A DNA stretch of 64,000 bases from Blepharisma stoltei ATCC 30299 (lineage: Eukaryota; Protista; Ciliophora): positions 558,001-622,000 of the forward strand of contig CBFDEM010000032.1 of assembly GCA_965603825.1 (NCBI GenBank). Direction: 5' to 3'. Every line of letters begins with the position of its first letter. Position 1 is the first letter of the stretch. The notes under the pieces are model-generated. The model did no database searches. It was not told the DNA's origin and saw nothing but the letters and a program-made list of their open reading frames with translations. A program made the translations under genes and the position numbers. Of the stretch, positions 1-13,546 are shown piece by piece.

Positions 1-1
1 G

Positions 2-2905
2 AAAGAAGAGCAATTTATTATTGCAATGCATATAATAGCAAATGTAAGATCAAAAGGGTACGAAGTGCCTGATGCTCTCCCTGACTCACTAAAGCGGCTA
101 GTTTATAAAAATGAAGATTCATCTCCTTTATCTCCACCGCCACCTCCTCCTCCATTCAAAGAAAAGCCTAAACCAGAAAAGCCTCCTTCTCCAAAGCCAG
201 CACCTAAAGTCATAGAATTCACATTTCCAAGTATGGATCAATTTACTGTAAACCAGCCCCCTGCTCCACCACAGCCAAAAGTTCAGAAGCACTCCAAAAA
301 TAGCTCAATAAGATCATATGAAGATGTCCCTCGACCAGAAGAAGTCTCTATGCCAAAAGACCACATGGTGGCAGAACAGCTTGAAAAAATAATAAAAGAA
401 AAAGAAATAATGATCAAAAACAAAAATGACTGACTAGCAAATCTAAAAGATATGGCTGAATATGATAAAAATGAGCTAGATCTTTATAAACAAAAAAATA
501 AGCAGTTAGAAAATAAGATTAGAGAGCAAGAAGGCACACACACAAAAATGCAAAATGAGCTGTTTAGTGCAAAAATTAAATTTGAGGACAATATCAAAAA
601 GAAGGATGATGAGCTGACTGAAATAAAAAACCAATTAGCCCAGCTGCAAGAAATCAATAAACAGCTGATGGAAAGGAAAACTGTCTCACAGCTGAAAGAA
701 CAATATGAAAATTATGCAGCAAGGCAAGAAAGTAAAGCTGAAAAACCAAAGTTTGAAAATAAGTCTGAAAATATAGCTGTTGAGAAGAAAGTGGAAGCTT
801 TTAATTTTAATGCTCCAAATGAAAAATTTAATTTTTCTCAAAAAGATAATACCAATACAATTGAAAGTAAAAATGAAAATTTTGAGTTTAATGGGAAAGC
901 AAAATTTGAAACAGAAGTGAAAGAAATTAAACCAATCCAAGCAGCAGTAGAAGATAAATCAATCAAGCCTGGTTTTCAATTCGAATTTTCAACGAATGAA
1001 AGGAAAATTGAGCCCTCTGCCTTGAACTTACCATCAATTGAAAAATTTGATTTCGAAGTTAAAGCCCCTATCAAAGAAAACAAGGTAATGCAAAAGCAAA
1101 CTCACATACCAGAACCTCAGAAAACGGCAGAATCACCAAAAATAAAAATAGAGCCTGATGATTTTACAGCTTTTCAAGAAATTCCAAATAAAAAGCCGGA
1201 TCTTCCAAACTTTGATTTTAACCCTCAGGCTCTTTCATTTGAAGATAAGTCTATTATGCCTCCAAATATTGATAAAAAGATTGAACCAAATTCATTTCAG
1301 TTTGAACCTCCAAAGCCAGCTTTAAAATCTGAAGGATTTGGATTTGACTTCACAAATGCGCAGAAAATAGAAAATAAAATTACTCCAATGTTTGATTTTA
1401 ATATGGACATAACAAAGCTTGAAAATAAAAAGCCTGTCCCTGCCAAAGAAACTAGTATTTTTGATTTCCCAAAAGACGCCTTGGTCCAAAGAGCTACTCC
1501 AGTTATTGAGCAGCCAAAAAATGATCCAAATCCTACTATTGAAATAAAAAATAAAAATAATAAAACTGCTGTTGATCAATTTCCTCAATTTGTTTCGCCA
1601 GATAAAAGTAAAGACCAAGCAAATATTAAACTGCCGGTTAAAAATTTTAGCTTTGACATGCCTAAAGAAATCAAGTCTGATAAAGATTCAAAATCATCTT
1701 CTCCTTCTATCCGATCTGAATCCCCCGAGTCAAGTTTCAAATCTGAGCCAGTCACTTCTTCTTTGTTTTCCTTTGATATACAAAAACCTAAAGAAACTCA
1801 AAAGATAAATATAGATCCTTTTAATATTTCTCCCACAAGGCCCGCAGACCAGTTTAAATTCCCAATAGATACAAAAGAGCTACCAAAACCAGCTGCTAAT
1901 GAATTTCAATATATACCTGAAATTAAAATTGTTAAAAACGTCAATTATTCAGCTAAGGAAAAAGAATTAAAACTAGATGAGTCTTCTTCTAGCTCAAGTG
2001 AATCTCTAGAGTATGAAAATGAAAAGCCTGATTTTGACTTTAACTTGAAGCCTGAAGATATTCCTCAACCCAAAATGGATTTTGGATTTGGCAATGATAC
2101 GCCCAAGACAAATGCTCAGCCTAAGCTTGAGTTTAATTTTAACCAAGCCCCTGCAAATAATCCTCAGTCAAAATTAGAGTTTGATTTCAATAAAGATTCG
2201 CTTAAATCTGACTTCAATCAACCCCCAAAAATTAGCCCGCAGCCAAATATAGGGTTTGATTTTAATAAAGATGCGCCTAAAGTTGACTTTAATCAATTTC
2301 CAAAAGACAATCCTCAGCCCAAAGTTGATTTTAATTTTAGTAAGGATGCACCTAAAGCTGATTTTAGCCAAACCCGAAAAGACAATCCTCAGCCTCAAAT
2401 GGAGTTTAATTTTAATAAAAATCCTCCTAAAGCTGAGCTTAACTTAGCCCCAAAAGAAAATCTTCAGCCAAAGGTAGATATTGATTACAATAATGCTCCT
2501 AAAGCTGACTTTAGCTTAGCCCCAAAAGAAAATCCCCAGCCAAAGATGGAATTTGATTTTAATAAAGATGCGCCAAAAGCCCCTCAATTTGATTTCAATA
2601 AAGGATTCGCGCAAGCTCCTCAGTTCGATTTCAATAAAGGAATGCCAAAAATCAATAGTCAGCCGAAAGCAGAATTTGAATTTGGTAAAGAGATTTCTCA
2701 GCCTAAAGCTGATAACAGCCCTTCATTCTCTTTCGAGTTCAAACCAGATGATATTAAATTTGACCCACAATTTGATAAGCTTAATGGCCAAGGTTTTGAT
2801 TTCCAAAGTGCTCCAATTGTAAATGCTTTTAAAGGAGATTTATTTAAAATAGAGACATCAGCCATTAAGCCTCGAAAATCTCCTACAGAGCTTGAATTTG
2901 ATTAA
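2..2905 (+). CDS. EH-domain (Eps15/intersectin-like) endocytic adaptor, 5'-partial; Pro-rich linker, coiled coil, long FxF/FDF-rich tail
   Basis: Frame open from the window edge: KEEQFIIAMHIIANVRSKGYEVPDALPDSL matches the end of an EH domain. ORFs 26-433 and 452-2905 are in frame across TGA(431-433)=Trp. Ends TAA. Confidence 0.75.
2060..2740 (+). repeat. Degenerate intragenic tandem repeat (~20-22 aa unit, NPQPKxxFxFNKDAPKxDF)
   Basis: Repeated aatcctcagcc.aa...ga.tttaattttaataaagatgc.cc.aaag units seen in both DNA and protein. Confidence 0.75.
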
Positions 2906-3568
2906 GTAATGATAAATTTAAAGATAAAGTAATTTCTACTTATCACTATATAATTTGCTGCTCTTAATTGCAATAATAATTATACCAAACATTTAATCAA
3001 CATACTGGCATATATTCAAAAAGGAATTAATCAAACCAATTCAATATTTTAAAATTATGATAATTCTTGTGTCTGCAAAAGCAGCTATCATCAATGCTAA
3101 TGGGGCTCGCCTCTGAAAAATTATTTTAAGCTATGTATCTTTTATAAGCAAGACTGAGCAGGTGAAGGTAGTATAAGAATAGTACTCATTTTATAAAAAA
3201 TAATTTATAAATTTATACAAGAATTTTTATACTTTCTATGGTAGAATTCTCATAATAATTTTAATTAATTATTATTTTTGGCCAAATAAAATTTCTCAAT
3301 TCAATTGATCGCAGGCAGATCTCATGGCGAAATATCTCCTTTCCGAGAAAGTATATCTGCTCTGTATTTCTTTTATTCTAGATTTTGCCATATGCATCAA
3401 TGAATCATGTTTATTTATTAAATATCTATAACTAACGAATATTAAATCACATATCATATTAATATAATACCAAAAATCATTATCACAATTACAAAAATAG
3501 CTCACATTGAGAATTAAATATTTTAAAATCCTAAGATATGATTTACTGATAAACTTATTATATATCTA

Positions 3569-6500
3569 ATGTCACAGCAACAAAATGAGAGAAGTCGAGA
3601 AATAGAACTTTCAGGATATGCACTTGAGCCCACATCTTTGTATCCGAAAAATAAAGTCAGATCCACTCGATATAACCCTGTAACCATAATTCCAAAGAAT
3701 TTGTTTGAGCAGTTCCATAGGTTTTCAAATATATGATTTTTGACTGTCTCTGTTTTTCAACTAATTCCAATAACAGCGAACCCAACTGCTTCATGAAGTA
3801 CAATAGCTCCATTTAGTTTTTTATTGGCCTTTACCTTCCTAAAAGATGCTTATGATGACCATCGTAGGCATAAAGGTGATAAATTAACAAACAATTCGTT
3901 TTGCCGATGCTGGAATGGAGTTAAGTTTGAGCAAGCCAGATGGAAAGATTTGCAGGTTGGGCACATTATTAATGTATTAGATGGAGAAAAGATTCCTGCG
4001 GATATTGTGCTACTTTCAGCTGATAACTCAGATGGTACTTGCTATGTGAGCAGATCTGGGATTTTGGGGAAAACTGAATTGAAATTAAAAACCGCCGTGA
4101 CGGAAACCCACAAGATAATATTTAATTCTGATGAAGAGCTAGCACTAAAGAGGCTTTCAGGCACAATAAAGCTTGACGACCCCAATAATGATTTTTCTCA
4201 TTTTGGAGGAGACTTGAGGCTTAAATTATATCCAAAGTCAATAGACTTATCACTTGATAATGCAGTTTTTCGTGGAAGTACACTAAAAGGATCAAATTCT
4301 ATTATTGGAGTCGTTGTTTATGCTGGAAAAGAAACGAAAATCCACATGAATATCCAAAAACCCTTAAAAAAGACCAGCAGGATTGAAAAACGTGTCAATG
4401 AATTTGTGCTGTACATTTTACTCTTTCTACAACTAATAGTCGCATTTTCTATGATTTTTCAGTATTTTGTATATAATACCAACCATGATTATAATACTTT
4501 TGAGTCGTATGTTAATTTCGTGCTCTTATACAACAACATTATACCCATTTCGCTTTTTGTGACTATGGATATTATAAGGATTTTTCAAGTTTGGATTATT
4601 GAAAGACAAACAAAAGGAGAAATTGAGTTCCGAACTGGAGATTTAAATGAGGACTTGGGACAAGTAGAGTATATTCTGGCTGATAAAACAGGTACAATAA
4701 CTGAAAATGCGTTAATCTTGGACACCTGCATTGTAGGACTGGACACTTATACGAAAGGAGGCTTGTTTGAGAGCTATTTAACTATAAATGATGAAGAGAA
4801 ACCGTTGACATCTCATATAGAAAATCAGTTTGGAACGACACTTCCTGAGCTTGAAAAAACTCATGAAAAGATCAATATTGACACCTTCAATTCATCAAGG
4901 CCCTTAATAAAGCTCAAAGATGAAGCTTTAATTGAAAAAGGCGATTCCCAGCTATTGCATTTCATCAAATGCATGGCTCTATGCAATTCTTGTGTAATTG
5001 AAAATGAAAAAAATTGGAAATTCATAGGAATTTCAGTAGAAGAGAAATTATTATTGGAGTCTGCAAAACTTTATGGCTTAAAAGTTATTAATATGAATCC
5101 GAAAAACTGTGTGATTGAGTGGAATGGAGCCTTAGAGCTCTATAAGGTTATTGCTTCAAGGCCTTATAGCTCAATTACTCAAAAATGTTCAATTGTTCTA
5201 GAAAAAGAGGGTGAAGATTTTGCTATTTTATATAGTAAAGGATGCTTAGAGCAAATAATTCCACTTCTAGATGTTGGAAATGAAATTAAAAGCTTTATTG
5301 ATGAAAAGACGAAAGAGTTATGCTTCAAAGGCCAAAGAACTATAATTGAAGGCTGCAGGATTATTAGCCCAGAAGAGAACTTTGAATTCAAGAAAAAGCT
5401 AGAAATAATCAGGAGCTCTCCAATAAACAGCGAGGTAAGAATGGAAATTTTATTTCAAGACATGGAAGCCAATTTATCATATTTAGGCATCATTGGTATT
5501 GAAGATAGCATTTCTTCAAAAACACAAGATGCAATTACCAATTTGCAGGATGCAGGAATTAAGATATGACTTTTGAGCAGTGATGCAGAAATTTCATGCA
5601 TAACAGCAGCTTATAAATCGAATTTATTTAAAAAAGAGAACCCAGTTCTCAAAATCCATGGCTTAAATAGCCAATACCTCTGCACTAAAGCTTTGCAAAA
5701 TGGAATAATGAACTATATTTATTGTGAAGGTGTAAGCTCAATGGTCTCCAGAAATCAATCATTAAGTTACAAGCGAAAAATGACTTACAGAAGAAATAAA
5801 TCAATTAATTTGCACATGCGGTCAATATCAGTAAGAGATAGCCAACAATTATTAAAAGAAGTAAGTGCTAATTACTCAGAGCCAGAAAATGAAGATCCTG
5901 ACGCTATGCCATTTCAAAACGGAGCTGAAAAACTCCTCTCTGTCCACACTATGGGAAAAGAGTTTACCTTAAGAGAAAGATTTTCAAGCAATTTTCAGCT
6001 TTTAGACAAATCATTTGCCCATGATAAAGTAAAATTTTCATTAACAATCGACAGGATTTCTTTTGATACTGCATTTGGAATCGATGAAACTCGAAAACTC
6101 CTAGTCTGTTTGCTTTTGGCAGCTGATTCTATTTGTTTTTATGGGTTTTTACCTCAAGATAAAGCTAAAGTTGTAAAGCTATTAAAAGAAAACACAAGCT
6201 TTAAGCCACTTACTCTAGCAATTGGAGATGGAAATGGAGATATACCAATGATACAAGAAGCTGATATTGGGGTTGGGATTATAAATAACTTAGAAAGCCA
6301 AGCACAAAACTATGGCGAAATCAACGTCACAGACTTCGCACAGCTGGAAAGGTTGCTATTAGTATATGGATTCTGAAATTATTTGAGAATTACAAAAGCT
6401 TTGCTGCTTTATCTATATAAAAATTTTATATTGACTTATCTAATTTTCGTCTTTGTGTGGGTCAGTGAGTTTTCAGGCACTTTAATATTTGATGGCGACC

Positions 6501-9500
6501 TTCTAATTGGCTACAATATTTTGTTTACCACTGTCCCTATTATTTTACTAGGAATCTTTGACCAGCCATTATCCCAAAAAAAAATTTTCGAGAATCTCCA
6601 AGTGTATTCAATTGGAATTTTAAACAAATATTTCAATGCCAAAAGGATCCTGAAATACACAGTTTTCTCATTTATCCAAGCTCTCTTAATTTCAGTTCTG
6701 GTTTTTTATTCATTCAGCTCAATATCTAATGAAGGAAAAACAGAAAACATTGGCATGATTGGACTTGCGATGTACATTATAATGGTTTGCTCAATACTTT
6801 TTCAAGTCTTTTGTGAGACTTTCCAATATTCGCTGCTATATTTATTATCTCATGTTTTATCTATTTCGGCTCTTGTTATTTGTGTTACTATTTTATCATC
6901 TGTGTATTTTGATGATAATGATTTATATCAAGTAGGCTCGGAAATATCAAATTATCCAATAGCTATCATATTAATACTAACTGTGCCGTTGGTTAGTATT
7001 ATCCCAAATATTACCTACAAACTTGTAAGAGCTCTTCTGTTTCCTACAATTCTTGAAGAAATTAAGTCATTTTCTATGACTTTAAAATCATCAGAAAAAT
7101 TTTCAAGACTAAAGCAGTTTTCAAGCAGTTTGAAACAATTGTATAAATCTGGAAACATCACTCAGGCAACGCTAGAATATGAACTTTTTGATATAAATAA
7201 ATATACGTTGAATTTTCTTTCAAGGTATATCGAGAGATTCTATAAAGAAACTTATATTGCAGAAAACAAATTTTATTTTAGAATAATAACAACACTGCTT
7301 TGGGTGTTTTTCACTGTATGGTCGCTAATTGAAATTTTATGGCTCAACTCAGCTCTTTCTTATAGTCTGATTAGAGCTCTTTGTATGTGTGGATTTACTA
7401 TTATCCTTTTCTTTGTATGGACTGATATTTTTCATAAAAAATACGTCAACTTTGTGATTATTTCTATCTTGATATCTATAGTAATCAAATTTATAATAGA
7501 AATGACCTACTCTCAAGTCGGCACAATAACTACAGCTTGTATTCCTGCTCTAACATTTATCTTATTTAATGTCGACTGAATAAAAAACTTAGCACTCAAT
7601 GTATTTTCAATGACCTTATTCTTTTTCTCAATCAGCATTAACTATCCATCTTCAAACGACCAGTTTCAAGAAACTCTAGACATTTTATCTTTTATCATAA
7701 TAATCCTATCAATAGCCTTCTCATCAGGAATCGTTGGCTATTTCATTGACCTCTCCAAAAGAGTTGAGCACAAATATACAAGACTTAAAGAAATTGGCAT
7801 TGAAAAAACCCAAAACATTTTAGCAATATTTCTCCCTAGCTTTGTAAGCAAACGTGTAAAAGATGGAGCAAGATATATAGCAGAAGACCAAGGGATTGTA
7901 ACTGTAGTATTTTGTGATATTTATGATTTTGATACTATATGTGCTGAATATAAACCAAATGAATTGACTTCCTTTCTGGATCAACTGTTCCAAGAATTCG
8001 ACCAGATTTGTACTGTGGTAGGGATGACGAAGATAGAAACGGTTGGGAAAACTTATATGGCTTGTGGAGGATTGAAAGATAGTGATAATGAGATGATAAC
8101 AAGAGTTAGAGAAGTCCCTCATGCTAGAAGAGCAGTCGAGCTAGGGTTGGCTATGATTTCACATGTGCAGACTTTGTGCTTGAAAAGTGGGGCTGAGCTG
8201 AAAGTAAAAATCGGGATAAATAGTGGTCCAGTGACAGCTGGAGTTGTTGGGTTTCATAAACCGCAATTTTCACTTGTAGGGGATACTGTCAATACAGCAA
8301 GCAGAATGTGCTCAACTTTGATGAAGGCAAATAATATTCAAATTTCGAAAGAAACATATGATGTGTTGGAAAATTATGCAGGACTTTCTTTTGATCCAAA
8401 CGAAGTAGAAGCCAAAGGAAAAGGAATAATGCAGACATTTATAGTCACAGAGATCCCAGATCCTAATAGCTCAGTTAAGCAAGTCGCTGAGCAACGGAGA
8501 GGATCACGCCTGAGCTCAGTTGGGCAAAATGCCTATGATGAAATTCCAACAGAAACAACGACTACCACTCTTTCAAAACTCACGAGATACAGCACAATCT
8601 TAGACCATTTCGAATTGAAAAACCCTAAAGAAGTCTTCAAACGAAACTTCACCGGACAAATCAAAAAAGTCAATTTTTTTGACTTTTCTTGCAAAGAAAA
8701 TGAAGTCCAAAAGCAGTTCAGAGAAGACAAGCTAAACAAAAGCAGAGACGCCAAATACATTGTAGTCTCGATTTCCGCCATTTGTTTTGGCTGGCTGCTG
8801 CTTGTGTCTATTTTGAAATATAGTTACTTGGATACGTGCACAAATACCCCTATTCTTATCAGCCGAATTATTGTAGTAACTATTCTTGTGTTGGTGATTA
8901 CCCTTCACAATAAAATCTACTTGACCAGACTTTATCCATTATTGATAATAATTTCAATATTATTTATGTCTGTCTCGGCGCTTAATGCTTATGAGTATTG
9001 TGAAATTGTAGTCGATGACCTTGTTGCTGTTGAAATCATGTATATTATTCTTATCCTAAATTATATCAGCGGAATCTCAATTACTAATTTAATTTGGTCG
9101 AATTTTGCTGTATATATTTCATGGGTTATTACTGGGGTTATTTATGTGGATAGTAGCTCTCATTATTATAATATTGTTTTGATTGGCGCATTTGCATTGA
9201 CCCATTTATCGAGTGTGTACTCTCAAGAAAACCATTTACGAATCCATGAAAATTTGAGAATACTTGCTGAAAAAGAAATAGAAAAAACTGATAAGCTATT
9301 AACACAGATGATGCCACCTAATGTGCTAGAAAATTTAAAACAAGGAAAGCCAAGCACTGATCGACTTTTTCAAGTGACTTTGCTTTATGCGGATATTGTG
9401 GGGTTTACTGCATGAAGCTCAAATAAAACACCTCAAGAAGTGGTAGGTATGCTCTCAGAGCTTTTTACGAGATTTGATAAGCTCTGTGTAACTCACTGCG

Positions 9501-9934
9501 TGTATAAGGTTCATACAATAGGCGACTGCTATGTGGTTATGGGATACACAAGTGAAGAGTCAAGAGACCCTGAAATTGAATGCTTGAATATGATTAATAT
9601 GGCAAAAGATATGATTAGGATTATTAATGAGGTCAATGAAGTTAACGGCAGCCAATTAAATATGAGAATTGGACTCCATACTGGAGAAGTCATTGCTGGG
9701 ATTATAGGTACTACTATTGTAAGGTACGATATATATGGTCCTGATGTGCTGATTGCTAATAAAATGGAGAGTGGAGGTGAAGCAGGAAAAATCAACGTTA
9801 GCGATGTGACTAAGGAAATGCTAGAAATAAGATACCCAGGGCACTTTCTATTTACATTTAATAGAGAAATCAGTGTTCCGACGATTGGGAAAACCCATAG
9901 ATGTTTTTTCGTAGATAATGAAGTAAGAAATTAA
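3569..9934 (+). CDS. P4-ATPase (flippase-like)-guanylyl cyclase fusion, alveolate type, 2121 aa
   Basis: ATG 3569. Five ORF-track pieces plus an unlisted 5' segment are in one frame, joined by six TGA=Trp (3734, 3794, 5567, 6374, 7577, 9413). Motifs PKNLFEQF, PISL, DKTGT, AIGDG, then TM blocks and two class III cyclase domains (KIETVGKTY...GDTVNTASRM; YKVHTIGDCY...YDIYG). Confidence 0.93.
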
Positions 9935-9946
9935 TTTTATCAATAA

Positions 9947-10387
9947 ATGGAGAGCAGAATTCATAAAGAGTTCAACGATTTTACAAGCAACTCAATAGAA
10001 AATTGTTCCATTGAGATGCAAAGTGACAATTCTTTTATTTGGAATGCTGCTATTCTAGGACCACTGGAGACTCCATATGAAGGAGGTTACTTTTTTTTGA
10101 GAATTACAATTCCTGAGGATTACCCTATAAAGCCACCAAACGTGCAATTCACGACTAAGATTTATCATCAAAATATAAATCCTGATGGAAAATTTTGTAG
10201 TTATCATTGCTTTTGGAAGGATAATTGGTCAGCAGCTAAAACAATAAGAGGTGTTATTGAATATATTATTGATCTTTTAAAAAATCCAATTGCTGATTGC
10301 AATGCGGATCATAATTTTGATGATATTAATGATACTGAGAAATTTAAAAGAACTGCGAGAATTTGGACTCAGAGATATGCGATGTAA
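9947..10387 (+). CDS. Ubiquitin-conjugating enzyme E2 (UBE2D/Ubc4-like)
   Basis: GPLETPYEGG, PEDYPIKPP, TKIYHQNI..DGKFC (catalytic Cys), WSAA. Confidence 0.9.
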   Translation: MESRIHKEFNDFTSNSIENCSIEMQSDNSFIWNAAILGPLETPYEGGYFFLRITIPEDYPIKPPNVQFTTKIYHQNINPDGKFCSYHCFWKDNWSAAKTIRGVIEYIIDLLKNPIADCNADHNFDDINDTEKFKRTARIWTQRYAM

Positions 10388-10498
10388 ATCGGCTAACTAG
10401 AAGATAAGTTATCGTTTTCTGAATTAAGAATTAATATTAAAATAATTAAAATAACTGAAAAAAATATTTTTTAATTATAGATGCCGAATTTATTAAGT

Positions 10499-11560
10499 TT
10501 AACTTTTAACGGTATCTCTCATTATTGGAAACTCTAAGCCATCAATCAAGCAAGTAAAATCAACTAAATTGAAGTGAATAAATCCTTCGTTTTCATCACT
10601 TAAATCCAAGGTATTTTTCCCTAGAAGCCAAGCTTGATCAAGCAGAAAAGATTTATTTTGGCATAATGTTTCTCAAACCTTATGCCTTTTCATGATTTTT
10701 CACGCAGGCTCTGCCATAATTGTATTTACCCTTTTAATTTTATTCGCATTTCCTCCATCAATTTCTTTCCAATTTTCAAAATTAACTCTTTTATATTTAT
10801 TTCCCACTCTAATTCTGACATCAGAAAACCCAGCATTATACGAAGATTCGATAACTCCTGAATTTTCTGCATATTCAATTCATTCGTTTTCTTGATTTTT
10901 CCACGCCCAGTAAATTCTATTGTCATTTCTCAAAACTTTATTTTGACTTCTTGTTCCCTTATCACGATTATTTTTAAAGATTCTTTTTTTATCTAAATTC
11001 TTAATATGTTTTCCAACCAAATTTATGATATTTTCGTTTTGTTTCTGAATTTCTTGTTTCTTGATTTCTTCAATTTCAGCAATCCTCTTTTCTTCTTCAA
11101 GTTTTTGAATACTATCTATAGCTGCCATAGCTTTGGCGGCTTCTTGCATTTTAGCTTGTTCTAGCTCTTTTTTGTGTTCAAGTTCTATTTCTTTTTGCCT
11201 TTTTTCAAGCCACAAAGCCATTTCAAGCTTTCCTTGGCATCGAGCTGTCTCAATTTCTGCAGCCATTTTTCTTTCTGATTCTGCTTTTGATCGATTTATT
11301 TCTGACATGCTTTTTTCCTTTTCAGATAAAATTTTTTTTCTTTCTTCTATGAGAGATATCATAGCAAATGCTGGGCATAAGTTGCTGACGTCTGCAATTT
11401 TGTTGTCCTGAGGACATCTAGCTTGGTTCTTTTTTTCTTTTCCTTTTAGCTGTCCAAGACAGAATCCGCATAATGCATGGCCGCAAGAAAGAATATATGG
11501 CTTATTTCGTTCTGAATACTCCTCAAAGCAGATGCAGCACTCAGTTATTGGATTATCCAT
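10499..11560 (-). CDS. RING finger + coiled coil + tandem WWE-like domain E3 ligase, 353 aa
   Basis: N-terminal CCIC...CGHALCGFC...CPQD. Reading TGA (10880, 10700, 10673) as Trp extends the ORF to TAA at 10499: YWAWKNQENEWIEY..NSGVIESSY...KRVNFENWKE...IKRV, then PAWKIMKRHKVWETL...LLDQAW...FNLVDF...IMR. Confidence 0.78.
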
Positions 11561-11655
11561 ATTATTAATAACATTTATATCAGAAAAATTCTTTTAAGCA
11601 ATCATGCATTGACCATAATTTCATGAAATTATTATTTTAGAGTTATGTTCGTAAG

Positions 11656-12855
11656 CTACTCCAGATCTTTTCCTTCCTTAATCCATTGCGTCTTTACTCC
11701 ATTTTTCCATATTCCGTATCTTGTTTCAAATTTATTCTTGTTTTTAACTGGGAATGTCAAATGTCCTTTTCCATCTTGTTTCCCATTTCTCCACTCCCCA
11801 TCATAAATTTTCCCATCAGGCCAACTGAAAACTCCACGTCCGTGCTTCTCATCATTTGCGTACTCTCCATCATATTTCCTTCCATCAGGCCACGTAAAGA
11901 CTCCACTCCCATGCATTTTATTTGCCTTCCATGCTCCCTTATATTCTTTGCCATCATTCCAAACATAGTGCCCGTACCCTTGCATATCGTTATCTCTGAA
12001 TTCTCCTTCATAATAGCTTCCATTTTGCAAAGTAAACACTCCTTTCCCATGTTTTAATCCATTTTTATAATTTCCTTTATAACTCCAGTCTTCTGTTTCT
12101 TCTTTTCCTTCTCCATGCTGTACACCATTTTTGAAGTTGCCTTCATATTTGGATCCATCATAGCGATAGAGAGCTCCTTTTCCATTAAGCTTGCCTCCTT
12201 TGAAATCTCCTTGATATAAATCTCCTTCTGCCGTAATTAGACGCCCATCTCCACATCTTATGTTATTTACGAAGTATCCTACATATTTAGACCCATCTGC
12301 TTCAATTTCAATGCCTTTTCCATGCTTTTCTCCGTCTTCATTCCATTCGCCTTCATAGATGGTTTCATCATTAAGAATATAAGCTTGGTGGGATGTGACT
12401 TGTCGATTCTCATTAGAGCTAGTTTCTGGGGAAAAGCTTCCCCATTGTTTTTCTACTTTTTTAACATTAGATGATACCTTGCTGGAGAGGGAGCCGTTGT
12501 AGGCTTCGTAAACAGTTTCTGGGTTAAAACTTTTGATAACTTGATGGATTTCTTTCATGGCTGATAACTCTTTTCTATCCAGATAGCCTCTAGCTGCACT
12601 CTGAATTCCTGTATATTCGTGCTTTGTTTCTTGATTTTTGAGTTTTTTATCAGCTTTGCTTTTAGTTGCACTCTGTTTTTCAGTATAGTCAAGTTTTGTT
12701 TCATGATTTGGGAGTTGGACTTCAACAACTACTTCAGGCTTGTCATTCTCTTGAGCGGATTCTTGAACTAGTGCTGATCTCTTGGATTCATGCATTGTCA
12801 TCTCATCTCTATTGAGTTTAGGATCTTCTCTCAAGCAGGAACAGTCAGCACCCAT
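11656..12855 (-). CDS. MORN-repeat protein with IQ-like motif, predicted N-acylated
   Basis: Many YxGxW/FxxGxxHGxG repeats; IQSAARGYLDRK; MGADCSC N-terminus. Confidence 0.92.
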   Translation of the reverse strand: MGADCSCLREDPKLNRDEMTMHESKRSALVQESAQENDKPEVVVEVQLPNHETKLDYTEKQSATKSKADKKLKNQETKHEYTGIQSAARGYLDRKELSAMKEIHQVIKSFNPETVYEAYNGSLSSKVSSNVKKVEKQWGSFSPETSSNENRQVTSHQAYILNDETIYEGEWNEDGEKHGKGIEIEADGSKYVGYFVNNIRCGDGRLITAEGDLYQGDFKGGKLNGKGALYRYDGSKYEGNFKNGVQHGEGKEETEDWSYKGNYKNGLKHGKGVFTLQNGSYYEGEFRDNDMQGYGHYVWNDGKEYKGAWKANKMHGSGVFTWPDGRKYDGEYANDEKHGRGVFSWPDGKIYDGEWRNGKQDGKGHLTFPVKNKNKFETRYGIWKNGVKTQWIKEGKDLE

Positions 12856-13546
12856 TTATTATTAGTGATATTGCTTATCTATTTTAAGAACTATTCGTTT
12901 ATGGCATAATAATCGTTAATATCGATACCTTTTTTATATTTCAATTTTAGTTGGATTACAGAATTTTAGCTGCATGAAATCATTCAATATAGTTTTAATA
13001 AAAATTATTTGGATGCAAGAGATATTCAATAATTATAATTGAAAAAAATTTTAAGCTATGTATAAAAATAATAATCAGGCTGATTATGCGGGTTTTATTG
13101 CGCATATAAAATTAATTTAATTTATAAAATGCATAGAGAAACCCCTATCTTATGTATAGAAAGCAAAAAAATTTTGATAATGCATTTTACACAGTTGTTT
13201 ATTAAATTAAAACTATTATAACCAAATTTTATAAAATTATATATAAATTATATATAAATTAACATTTAAAATTATATAAATTAATTTTTTTTAACTATTT
13301 ATTAGGCGCCCCACAATATTTATTTTACCTTAGATTTTCAGAATTCGAATTACTATGAAGGTAGTGTCTCAAGCTTTCCCAAATCCCGCTCAATTTTATT
13401 CCTAGCACAAATAAATTTTCGCTACTTGCCAATATCAAATTCCCATTCCTTTACGATCCATTTCCATTAATTGCCTCCACAAATTAAATTATGACCTAAT
13501 CCATCTAAAATGTCGATTATAAACTAGCTGTAGATAGCTGTACATA

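Noticed and set aside
3569-9934. Split ORFs as an operon, pseudogene or selenoprotein
   Set aside because: All pieces are in one frame, and the TGAs align to Trp rather than Cys.
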